DNA from: a bacterium
GTDB taxonomy: Bacteria > Zhuqueibacterota > Zhuqueibacteria > Residuimicrobiales > Krinioviventaceae
Direction: 5' to 3'
DNA length: 64,000 nt
NCBI GenBank assembly: GCA_963675755.2
Contig: CAXXMD010000003.1
Location: 3,577,765-3,641,764 of the forward strand
The position numbers and the translations under genes were made by a program. Position 1 is the first letter of the stretch; each line of letters begins with the position of its first letter. The notes beneath the pieces were generated by a model. The model worked only from the letters and a program-made list of their open reading frames with translations, searched no databases and was not told the origin of the DNA. Of this stretch, positions 38,301 through 46,067 are shown piece by piece.

Positions 38301-38503
38301 CCCAGTTCTTATCTCCTATGGCAATTTCGGTTGCTTATGGTTTGATTTTCGGTACATTGATTACTCTGATTGTTCTGCCATCTTTTCTTTCTGTTGCGAG
38401 CACCATTCGGGTTTTCGGTTTTAAACTGGCTACCGGTAAATCTACAGAACCTGCAGCCCTTGAACCGGCAGTACGTGAAGACGTTTTTGCTTCAAAATAT
38501 TAA
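35360..38503 (+). CDS. RND efflux permease (AcrB/AcrD/AcrF family)
   Basis: 1047 aa; GILVDDGIVIAEN; GIVVNDS; RFRPVMLTSLTT. Confidence 0.95.
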   Translation: MKNLIRYFIKFPILGNTILFTMVLFGIFGFTSTRTTFFPPVPSKYIMISASYPGAAPDEIEEAIVLKIEDNLKGVTGVERVTSVSRENACSINVEMTTGYDIDVVLQDVKNAVEQVSTFPDGMEQLKVFKQEMISFAADFVISGDVDLKVLKQYSRKAERDLLSMDGISKVSLSGFPNEEIEISMRENDLRALGLTFTEVVNSIKKANIKVTGGTIKGKKEELQIRADLKGYYAKDLANHVLRTTDDGNVIYLKDVADVIDRWSESPNRVYFNGQRCVRVTIQNLNEEDLFHIAGQVKEYVADFNNTHSDAKAFILRDGSEIIKERIDILTSNGLLGMFLVLLLLTLSLNIRMAFWVAIAIPISFAGMFMLSPFYDLTINVMSLMAMILVLGILVDDGIVIAENIYQHHERGKKPIQAAVDGTIEVLPSVTASILTTVVVFSTFFFLEGGLGDRARDIAFVVIATLMISLVEGMLILPAHIAHSRALRVSKDQVSKFEKWTDTGLKKIRDKVYSPVLKFAIHHPVVVLSIPIAVMLITVGALKGGILKTTFFPFIERRSVNITLEMPAGTPVAITDSILAGIETHVWEVNDMYKESHNGQELVTELSRNVGGGTHQGGLRVELISGEHRDWSSMDVQNHLRSQIGIVPGAQTFQVGGGGNFGMPVSIAMHGDDLDELREAKEILKGELRQLEKLKDVIDDDPPGLREVHIQLKDKAFALGLNTADVVAQVRSGFFGSEAQRILRGIDEVKIWARYAEQDRSSIKDLEDMRIRLSDGREFPLKEIAEFTIQRGVMAINHIDAQRVISVEADVANQKDSVPEIISQIKAEILPDIAKQFPDIHFDFEGQSRENAKTVRAMKRVLPPVLIMMFFIVVVTFRSFSQASIVFSLIPFSLIGVLWGHYIQGHIVSMLSLFGTIALAGIVVNDSLVFISAFNQKLKKGVEFNEALLDAGLSRFRPVMLTSLTTIGGLGPLIFEKSHQAQFLSPMAISVAYGLIFGTLITLIVLPSFLSVASTIRVFGFKLATGKSTEPAALEPAVREDVFASKY

Positions 38504-38541
38504 GCATTGATATAGATTTGGTTAATCACAGGATTGTTGAC

Positions 38542-39822
38542 ATGAATTATAGATTTTTTATTTTTTTAATTCTCTTTTCAGTTTCATTACAGGCACAAAG
38601 TGTTTTGACTTTTCAAGATGCAGTCAAAATTGCAATGGAACAGAATCACCAGATTCAAATTGCAGAAAATACAAATAAAATTGCACAAAATAACGTAAAT
38701 ATTGGTAATGCTGGTATGCTGCCCAAATTGAGCTTGACGTCTTCAGGATCATATCAGGACTCTGAATATGACGGAAATGCCTCCAATTCTACAACTACAT
38801 CTGCGGCAGCAGAGCTGAGTTATACTTTGTTTGATGGCTTTGGCAATATTTATCGTTTCAAGAAATTGCAGGCTGCGGGCATGGCGGGTGAACTTGCATC
38901 CCGTTATCAGATTGAATCTACATTGTACAATGTGAGCAGCGGCTATTATAGCGCTGCGCTGGCATCTGAAAACCTGCAGATTGCTTTAGACCAATTGGGT
39001 ATTTCGCAGGAGCGACTGGACCGGGCCGAAAAGAAAGCCCAGTATGGTCAGGCAAACACTATTGAAGTTTTATCCGCACAGGTGGATTTTAACGCGGACA
39101 GTGTTGCCGTATTAAATGCGGAATTAGAGTTGAATAAAGCCCGCAGGTTGTTGAACCAGTTGCTGAATCGGGATATTCATGATAAATATGATGTGGAATC
39201 TGTTGTGAATTTTATACCCGCATTGAATTTTGATGAATTAAATGACAGGGCATTGAATAACAATGCCGCGTATTTACTGGAAGCAAATCAGCTTGAACAG
39301 GAAAAACTGAATGTCAAGATTGCACGATCAGCCAGTTTACCTTCTGTGGGATTGACCAGTTCATACGGTTACAGTCAAACAGAGGCTGGCAAGCATATTG
39401 GTTTGGATGATCCTACCAAAACACTTCGAGTAGGTGCATCTGTCAGTTTGAATCTGTTTAATGGATTTCAGACCCGTATCAATCAGCAGAATGCCAAGCT
39501 GACCTATCAGAACCAGCAGTTGTACGAGCAGGAAGCCAAGCTTGCGTTAGAGACCGAAATCTCGAATGCCTGGGAAGCATATACAAACAGCCGCAGTGTA
39601 CTGGACTTGCAGCAGAAAAACCTTGAGGCTGCAGATCTTAATTTTAAACGCACACAGGAGCTATTTAATCTGGGACAAGCAACAACCACCCAGTTCAGAG
39701 AGGCCCAGTTGAATCTTATTGAGGCCAAGTACAGCATCTCTACCGCAAAGTACTCGGCAAAATTGCAAGAGATTGAGTTGTTGCGCATCTCGGGCAACCT
39801 TGTTGGGAATGAAAAGTTGTAA
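38542..39822 (+). CDS. TolC-family outer membrane efflux protein
   Basis: Signal peptide from ATG 38542; LTFQDAVKIA..N; LP.L; LFDGF/LFNGF; third gene of the efflux operon. Confidence 0.92.
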   Translation: MNYRFFIFLILFSVSLQAQSVLTFQDAVKIAMEQNHQIQIAENTNKIAQNNVNIGNAGMLPKLSLTSSGSYQDSEYDGNASNSTTTSAAAELSYTLFDGFGNIYRFKKLQAAGMAGELASRYQIESTLYNVSSGYYSAALASENLQIALDQLGISQERLDRAEKKAQYGQANTIEVLSAQVDFNADSVAVLNAELELNKARRLLNQLLNRDIHDKYDVESVVNFIPALNFDELNDRALNNNAAYLLEANQLEQEKLNVKIARSASLPSVGLTSSYGYSQTEAGKHIGLDDPTKTLRVGASVSLNLFNGFQTRINQQNAKLTYQNQQLYEQEAKLALETEISNAWEAYTNSRSVLDLQQKNLEAADLNFKRTQELFNLGQATTTQFREAQLNLIEAKYSISTAKYSAKLQEIELLRISGNLVGNEKL

Positions 39823-39842
39823 GTTTTTATGAAATTCTTACA

Positions 39843-39858
39843 TGGCATAATAATTGCT
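39843..39858 (+). promoter_or_regulatory. Putative sigma54 promoter with no downstream + strand protein gene
   Basis: TGGCATAATAATTGCT: exact GG-N10-GC spacing with TGGCA and TTGCT boxes. Confidence 0.55.
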
Positions 39859-39862
39859 TATT

Positions 39863-40033
39863 TTAGCTTGAAAACTTAATTAGTATTGTTAAGATAACAA
39901 TATTAGTTAGGCATAAGTAAAAGATAAAAAATAGAATTATTATACTGACAAGTATTACCCAATTAATTTTTTTATCATAAGTTAATGATAATTTTATTAT
40001 TTGGTTAATTAAATTTATAACAGATTTTACCAT
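39863..40033 (-). CDS. Unannotated 56-aa hydrophobic small protein (type I toxin-like candidate)
   Basis: Hand translation MVKSVINLINQIIKLSLTYDKKINWVILVSIIILFFIFYLCLTNIVILTILIKFSS*; AAGGAGGT directly upstream (short spacing); below the ORF-track cutoff. Confidence 0.45.
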   Translation of the reverse strand: MVKSVINLINQIIKLSLTYDKKINWVILVSIIILFFIFYLCLTNIVILTILIKFSS

Positions 40034-40036
40034 ACT

Positions 40037-40116
40037 ACCTCCTTTTGGGATTCAACTGTAATATTTTTTTTAGACAATTAAGTATTGGCAATGACTATAC
40101 CAAAAGGAGGTTTTTT
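40037..40116. promoter_or_regulatory. 12-bp inverted repeat pairing SD with anti-SD (minus strand); hairpin + U-tract (plus strand)
   Basis: ACCTCCTTTTGG (40037-40048) and CCAAAAGGAGGT (40100-40111), followed by TTTTT. Confidence 0.6.
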
Positions 40117-40467
40117 CATTTTTGTATTTCAGATTACAAAGATGTATGTCATTTGTCCATATTTGTATACACAGTAAGTATTTGTAAATATTCAGGTTGG
40201 GCTGGAGTGATTTTTTTTTAGTTTTTTTTGTTTACTTTTTGTCTTAAGTTCCTAACCCTATATTTTATATGTAGTTTTGAAAGAAAATGTCCCACTCTAT
40301 TTCAAAATTGTTGCATATTTGGGTCAAAATTGTAATTACTATATCATTTTTGGTAATATAATTGATGAAATTTTATTTTTCCAGACACAGGCACCTTTAA
40401 AAATTACTATTTAAACTTTCATAGTACATAATACTTCCCAGAATAATAAATAACTTCATATAATGAA

Positions 40468-42555
40468 TTAACTTCCTCTGATGTTAAAGAATTTTGATTT
40501 GTCTAATTCATTTAGATAAGGACTTATTTTTACTGATTTCCCAAGAATACTTTTAACAGATAAAAAATACAATTCTTTTTTGGTACGAGTAATTGCAACA
40601 TAGAATATTCTTCTTTCTTGTTCAATTTCTTGTTCTGTTTCCGCATACATTATAGGCCAAATTCCATCATTAACATCTAGTAATATAACTATATCATATT
40701 CTTTACCTTTAGCTCTCAATGCTGTCATTATGTGTATTGGAAGATTTAGGTCATCATCATATCCTTCTTTTTCTTTTTCAGGGTTATAATCCATTTTACT
40801 AATAGCTTTTTCAATATGTTCTATAAATTCAAAATAATCATTGTCATATGTTTGTGCATATTCAGAAAGATATAAAAAAGGTGGTTCTTTATAAAAAATA
40901 TCATCATCAGATTTAGCAAAATGTTTTTGAAGCCCTTTAAAATTATTTCCTATCGCTTCGATAGATTCCGAAACAGTTTTTGTTTCAAAAACATTGAGAA
41001 TAGCTATAAGAAAATTTGTTTTGCTTTTTTCTTCTTTTGTTCCTTTTATTGGTCCATTATATGTTTGAAAATATTGAATTGCATCATAAAATGATTTTGG
41101 CTGTTTTGATAACAAATATCTATATAAGCTATTTTTTTCATTTCTTTTTAAGGGGTATGTGTCAATTTTATCACAACATGAAATAAATGAATCAATAGTA
41201 TCTTTTGATAATCGTCTGTCATTTTTTGTTGCAATTGCATAAAGAATGTTTTTTAATGTTTCAAAGGTCTTGCTTAATAAAATATTTAAATCTTCTTTTG
41301 CAAAGTAAGGAATATCCTTTGAGGTTAATAATATTTGTAAAGGAATAATCTGACTTTTTTTTCTGCCAATTACTGCAATTTTTTTTGGGATATTTTGATT
41401 TGCATATTTTTCAGCTAAGTTCATAACAAAATTTAAACTTTCCATATGAGTATTAAAGTTATAGTGCTCTATTTTTGCAGAATCCTTATTGTGTGAGTAT
41501 ATTTGCTTATTTACCCTATAGTTATTATTCTTGATTAATGTCTCTGATATTTCAACAATATTGTATGGCGATCTATAATTATTTTTTAATAAATAATTTT
41601 TAAATTCATTTTCAAAAAAAGTATCTGGATTAAGAATGAAATGGGGTGTAGACCCTCTCCATTCATAGATTGCTTGATCCTCATCTCCAATGAGATCAAG
41701 AGAACTATTGTTTACTGAAACTAGTGTTTTAACAAAATGAAGATCTAAAGGATTAATGTCTTGGAATTCATCAACTAATATGTGATGATAACGATTTGGT
41801 TCTGGGAATGTGTTATTACCGTATTTTTCTTGTAACTTTAACATAGCCCAATATTTTTGATCATCTAATGAAATTATAGCTGTATTCCAAAGATGTTCGC
41901 AGGATTTTTGCCAAAACTGTAAAAACGATTGCAATTGTTTTGGTAAGTAAGAATGGTTATTATCAGCGAGTTCAAGATCAAATATTGGTTGAATAATATT
42001 ATTAACTAAATACCTTTCCAAAAAGTTGTTTTTTAACCATATTAAATGTTCATAAAAATGTTCTTCAATATTATTTGTATCATGTCTAAATCCAGCACTT
42101 TTTAATGAATCGAATATTTCAATTATTTTGTCATATTTGTTCTGTCTTTTTTGTAAAGTTGAGTTTATTAAGGGTATTTCTTTCCAAATTGGTCTCAATA
42201 TATTTTTTATTAAAAAATATTTATCATATTTTGATACTTTAACTTCTATACTTGATTCAACATTTCTTTTTAAATAATTAAAGCCCCACTGATTTAATGT
42301 GTCGATTTTCACATGATTTTTTATATCATTAAATTCAGTGTTCTTGTTTAATCTTTCTTTTAGTTCTTCTTTTGCTACCCTAGTAAAAGTAAAAATTAAG
42401 AATTTATTTGTTTTGCCACTTTTTTGTGCTTTATTAAATTTATAAAGACATCTCCAAAGAAGTGATTGTGTTTTTCCGCTCCCAGCAGGTGCTAATAACC
42501 GTGTGAATTGACCGTTTGAATTACAATATTCGAGTTGATAGTTATCAAGTGTCAT
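40468..42555 (-). CDS. Stand-alone UvrD/Rep (SF1A) helicase, very AT-rich
   Basis: LLAPAGSGKT, FTFTRVAKEEL, LVDEFQD, IGDEDQAIYEWRG, NNYRS, AKGKEYD, ERRIFYVAITR. Start ATG 42555 or GTG 42567. Confidence 0.9.
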   Translation of the reverse strand: MTLDNYQLEYCNSNGQFTRLLAPAGSGKTQSLLWRCLYKFNKAQKSGKTNKFLIFTFTRVAKEELKERLNKNTEFNDIKNHVKIDTLNQWGFNYLKRNVESSIEVKVSKYDKYFLIKNILRPIWKEIPLINSTLQKRQNKYDKIIEIFDSLKSAGFRHDTNNIEEHFYEHLIWLKNNFLERYLVNNIIQPIFDLELADNNHSYLPKQLQSFLQFWQKSCEHLWNTAIISLDDQKYWAMLKLQEKYGNNTFPEPNRYHHILVDEFQDINPLDLHFVKTLVSVNNSSLDLIGDEDQAIYEWRGSTPHFILNPDTFFENEFKNYLLKNNYRSPYNIVEISETLIKNNNYRVNKQIYSHNKDSAKIEHYNFNTHMESLNFVMNLAEKYANQNIPKKIAVIGRKKSQIIPLQILLTSKDIPYFAKEDLNILLSKTFETLKNILYAIATKNDRRLSKDTIDSFISCCDKIDTYPLKRNEKNSLYRYLLSKQPKSFYDAIQYFQTYNGPIKGTKEEKSKTNFLIAILNVFETKTVSESIEAIGNNFKGLQKHFAKSDDDIFYKEPPFLYLSEYAQTYDNDYFEFIEHIEKAISKMDYNPEKEKEGYDDDLNLPIHIMTALRAKGKEYDIVILLDVNDGIWPIMYAETEQEIEQERRIFYVAITRTKKELYFLSVKSILGKSVKISPYLNELDKSKFFNIRGS

Positions 42556-42838
42556 AGAGTACCCCACTCTTAGATTGTATATTTTTAGGAAAGTGGAATT
42601 TATTTGTAAAAATTATCCCCACTTAATTCCCTCTATATTATAAGTAAAAAGAAAAAATTTTTTTTGCAAGTTTTTTTATTAATAATTCTTTTGTTGATAC
42701 TATTTAAATTTAAAGTCTGAGACTTTATTGCTTTTTTCTGCAAAACCCATAAAACCCCCGTTTTTTCTCTCGCTTACTTTTTGAAAAATGATATATTACT
42801 GCAATCAATATTTCACAATTTTTATAGGAGATAGAAAC

Positions 42839-43015
42839 ATGGAAGCAACGGATAAGGTAATTGCAACAATGAAAGAAGCGGGAGAACCGTTGAATGCCGG
42901 CAAAATTGCCGAATTGTCCGGATTGGATCGCAAAGATGTGGATAAAGCAATGAAGACACTCAAAGCAGAAGAGCGGATTGTTTCTCCCAAACGGTGTTAC
43001 TGGGAACCGAAATAA
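42839..43015 (+). CDS. Small winged-helix DNA-binding protein (58 aa)
   Basis: AGGAG RBS then ATG 42839; [39 protein letters not shown]. Confidence 0.85.
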   Translation: MEATDKVIATMKEAGEPLNAGKIAELSGLDRKDVDKAMKTLKAEERIVSPKRCYWEPK

Positions 43016-43159
43016 GTTTCATTGTTGAGATAATACAACCTGGTTCCGGGGCTCTGCCCTGGAACCGAAAACGTCCCAAGGCGGAGCCTTGGAACGAGAA
43101 CAAACTGGGAACCGAAATAAGTTTATTCCACCTCCGGGAGGTCAGGACCTCCCGGAGGT
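42999..43159. repeat. REP doublet bounded by a 21-bp direct repeat, followed by a 14-bp perfect palindrome
   Basis: ACTGGGAACCGAAATAAGTTT at 42999-43019 and 43104-43124; REPs at 43040-43067 and 43072-43098; ACCTCCGGGAGGTC-AG-GACCTCCCGGAGGT at 43130-43159. Confidence 0.88.
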
Positions 43160-43168
43160 AAGCTGTTG

Positions 43169-43582
43169 TTACAATTCACCCCGATTGATTTTTTCGAGAC
43201 CTGCGCGCAATTTATCCGGCAGGGGGATTTTGGTAAACTTTTTCTTGTCTACAGATACACTGACTGTTCTAACAGTTGCGGATTTGGTGCCGTCATGTTT
43301 GAGGATAGTATAGAGCAGGGTATAGGCTGTGCTGCCAATGCGTTCGGCAGTGACTTGAACTGTGAGCTTGTCCCCACCGCGGATGGGGGAGAGATAATCT
43401 GCTTCTGAATGGACAAAGGGCAAAATAAAATCACAATCCGATATAATGGTATTGACCGGCAGACCTATTTTTTCCATCATTTCTTCATAGGCATCGTGAG
43501 TAATTTCATAGATTTTGGCGTAAAATAATATTCCGGCTGCGTCTGTGTGATAGAGTCGCGCTTGAGTGTGGTGTGTATACAT
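43169..43582 (-). CDS. Hotdog-fold acyl-CoA thioesterase (4HBT family)
   Basis: HTDAAGILFYA; P.VHSEADYLSP...GD.L; IG.TAY. Confidence 0.88.
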   Translation of the reverse strand: MYTHHTQARLYHTDAAGILFYAKIYEITHDAYEEMMEKIGLPVNTIISDCDFILPFVHSEADYLSPIRGGDKLTVQVTAERIGSTAYTLLYTILKHDGTKSATVRTVSVSVDKKKFTKIPLPDKLRAGLEKINRGEL

Positions 43583-43626
43583 CTGTTTGTTTCCTGTCTA
43601 ATAATATACAATGGGTATAATTGAAA

Positions 43627-43707
43627 CGGGTCCCCAGGCAGAGCCCGGGAACCAGAATTGAAATTTGTTACTCTGAATCCTCCCGAGAAAAATTTTCACT
43701 CGGGAGG
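43627..43707. repeat. REP-like palindromes
   Basis: CGGGTCCCCAGGCAGAGCCCGGGAACCAG (43627-43655) is an inverted relative of 43040-43067; CCTCCCGAG..CTCGGGAGG (43679-43707). Confidence 0.75.
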
Positions 43708-43733
43708 GTATATCTCATCGAAATGAATCTGGT

Positions 43734-44951
43734 TTATTTAAACGCCGTTTTTATATCTTCTATTCCGACGCCCAATACAGCTTTGGAGATAGAATTCAGC
43801 TTTGCTTCATCTCCCTGAATGTGCATGGTGGTACTGGTATGCAGCAGGCTTGAACCTGGGGCCAGTGCCGCGGCGGGAGAAGATGTTTCCAGTTCGTAAA
43901 AGGGGCCAAGCAGAGATCCATCAGGATCAGCGGGGCCGTCGTTATAGCTGTTCACAACATCTCCTGAAAAAGGCTGTTCCTGAATTTCCCAAAGCGAGTT
44001 TACATAATCGGTGTTTGATGGATCAAAAGAGTAGGTAACCAGCGTGAGAACTTTGCTTTCCGAATCATAACTGCCTGCCCAGGGTGTACAACGCAGAGGC
44101 GATAAACCGATTTTACTGCGATGTTTACCATCGCCGCTGAAGTAGAGAATGCCGTCATCAATTTTGAGCCGGTCTGCTGGTACTTTGCCAAAGTAAACGT
44201 CGTTTACAATGGGGCCCAGTTCAGATTCGGGACCGGTTTTGTAGGGGATGGCAATGGTTGTGGTTGGGGAGGGAGTAAACATGCCCAAAATCCAGATAGA
44301 GAGGAGGCCGCCTTCTTTAGTCCATGCGTTACTGCCGGTGTTTTTCAGTACATTGTCAGTTTGATAGGCAACTATGTTTAAATCCTGCGCCAGTTTGGTT
44401 TCCAGAATGGTACTCACCGTTGAATTGTCCAGCAGTTTGACGGTACGATCGATTTCCAGATCAAAGGGAGTACCCGAGTAATTGGTAATGGACATGGGTT
44501 TAACAAAGCGTACCATGGAATCGGATGACTCGGCAATGTCCCATTTCTCTTCGTTCAGGCCTTTGGGCGTATACCAGTGGTCCAGGTCAAAGGGATCTCC
44601 TTTTTTGAAAAAGACGGAAAATTGTCCGCCTTCGGGGCCCAGCCAAATGCGCTCTTCACCACCGTATGCGTTAAAATGGGGATTGTTTTCGTTGGCGCGG
44701 AACAGATCGTAATTAATCCAGCCGAACCCGGGAACATCAGGACCGGCGGCGGTGCTGGTCATGACGCGCCCCTGCAAGTCGGGACATACGAGCACCTGTG
44801 CATTGCTATTGTTACCGGAGAGGATATGAGCGCCGGTATATTGCTTTAAAAATTGAACATCATCCTGAAAAGACATTTCAACTCCTGTTTTCGGGTTTGT
44901 TGTACAGCCCATCATAATGGGGATGAGCAAGAGGGACCAAAACCGTTTCAT
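43734..44951 (-). CDS. Conserved lipoprotein, DUF6786-like (beta-sandwich/mutarotase-like)
   Basis: Lipobox MMGC; QGRVMTS, GGEERIWLGPEGGQFS, GPFYELETSSPAA; family name from memory. Confidence 0.7.
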   Translation of the reverse strand: MKRFWSLLLIPIMMGCTTNPKTGVEMSFQDDVQFLKQYTGAHILSGNNSNAQVLVCPDLQGRVMTSTAAGPDVPGFGWINYDLFRANENNPHFNAYGGEERIWLGPEGGQFSVFFKKGDPFDLDHWYTPKGLNEEKWDIAESSDSMVRFVKPMSITNYSGTPFDLEIDRTVKLLDNSTVSTILETKLAQDLNIVAYQTDNVLKNTGSNAWTKEGGLLSIWILGMFTPSPTTTIAIPYKTGPESELGPIVNDVYFGKVPADRLKIDDGILYFSGDGKHRSKIGLSPLRCTPWAGSYDSESKVLTLVTYSFDPSNTDYVNSLWEIQEQPFSGDVVNSYNDGPADPDGSLLGPFYELETSSPAAALAPGSSLLHTSTTMHIQGDEAKLNSISKAVLGVGIEDIKTAFK

Positions 44952-45037
44952 TTTGTGACTCCCATGTTGTTAAATTCAGTGTTCTTATAATACAAAAGCG
45001 CGGGTAAAAGTACAATGATTTTTTGAGGGGATTTTTG

Positions 45038-45350
45038 CTACGGATAACACGGATTGCAGCCTTGACCTTTTGTTATGGGAGTATGGTTAAATCCCGCATC
45101 ATCTGCTACGATTACAAATGCAGGACAAATGTCCTGTTAAATATTACACCCGGCATGAATATGCCGGGCGATCAGGATAGCACGCAGCAACCGGTCTTTT
45201 TATCGTGAAAAAGAGGGCCGATTCCTGAGTCGCCACCGCAGGTGGACGTATCGAAGGATGAGGCCCAGTCTGGGAGGAAGGGCTTTCCACCTTCTGGAAA
45301 ATAGAAAGGGTGAGATAGTGGTTCAGCCTATGAACTACTAGAATAGGTTC
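45038..45350. repeat. Mosaic of REP-like hairpins in a GC-richer intergenic segment
   Basis: CGGATAACACGGAT; CAGGACAAATGTCCTG; CCCGGCATGAATATGCCGGG; ATTCCTGAG..CCACCGCAGGTGG..GTATCGAAGGAT (45221-45259, same family as 8262-8312). Confidence 0.6.
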
Positions 45351-45375
45351 CGAACTGCTTTGTAAATTTGATAAA

Positions 45376-45999
45376 TTAATAACCTTCTGTATAATAAAAC
45401 CATCTTTCACCAATCTGTTGAAGTTTATAACTATATTCTTCTGCGGGATTAATATATTTTTTAATATAATATTCTAATGTATCATTTCTATTAATTGGAA
45501 CATATATTATGCCACTAGATTCACCAACAAAACCTCTATCCATGACCAATCGAATTGAATTTGAATATGGATCAATATTTATCCCTTTTATTTTATACAT
45601 TTTTAAAAAATCAATCAGATCAATAAATTCTTTTTTCTTTAAATTTAAACTCGTAAAAAACCAATTAACATCAATTTTTTGATAATTATCTAAATTTGCA
45701 TCAATTGCATGTAACAATTCTATTTCTTTGTCATTTTTTTCAATTTCATTATAATCGCAATTAGCAAAAAGTATTTTTTGTTTATTAATTGTAAATTTAT
45801 TATTACTCCAATACTGTATACCAAATATTTTATTTTGTTCTAACATATATTCTAAACCAGTTTCTAATTCAACACGACTTTCATTTAATAGACTTTTATA
45901 TCTTTCAATCGCTGGTGTCATATTACAATTAATAAAGACCAAATTAACACTTAAAACTAGTATGCAAATTTTTACAAAATGATTAAATGAATGATACAT
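45376..45999 (-). CDS. Hypothetical lipoprotein, AT-rich
   Basis: Signal with Cys (FINC); AAGGA RBS; C-terminal QQIGERWFYY. Confidence 0.7.
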   Translation of the reverse strand: MYHSFNHFVKICILVLSVNLVFINCNMTPAIERYKSLLNESRVELETGLEYMLEQNKIFGIQYWSNNKFTINKQKILFANCDYNEIEKNDKEIELLHAIDANLDNYQKIDVNWFFTSLNLKKKEFIDLIDFLKMYKIKGINIDPYSNSIRLVMDRGFVGESSGIIYVPINRNDTLEYYIKKYINPAEEYSYKLQQIGERWFYYTEGY

Positions 46000-46067
46000 A
46001 ATATTTCCTTATTAGTGTATAATTTGTAAATTAAATACCAATGAACTCGAACAGCAAAAAAGTAAAG

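Noticed and set aside
40468-42567. Gabija or other named defence system
   Set aside because: No OLD/TOPRIM nuclease or other partner gene adjacent; helicase alone.
45144-45413. 89-aa minus-strand ORF (and 45023-45208 on +)
   Set aside because: Runs through stacked palindromic repeats; no RBS or protein-like features.
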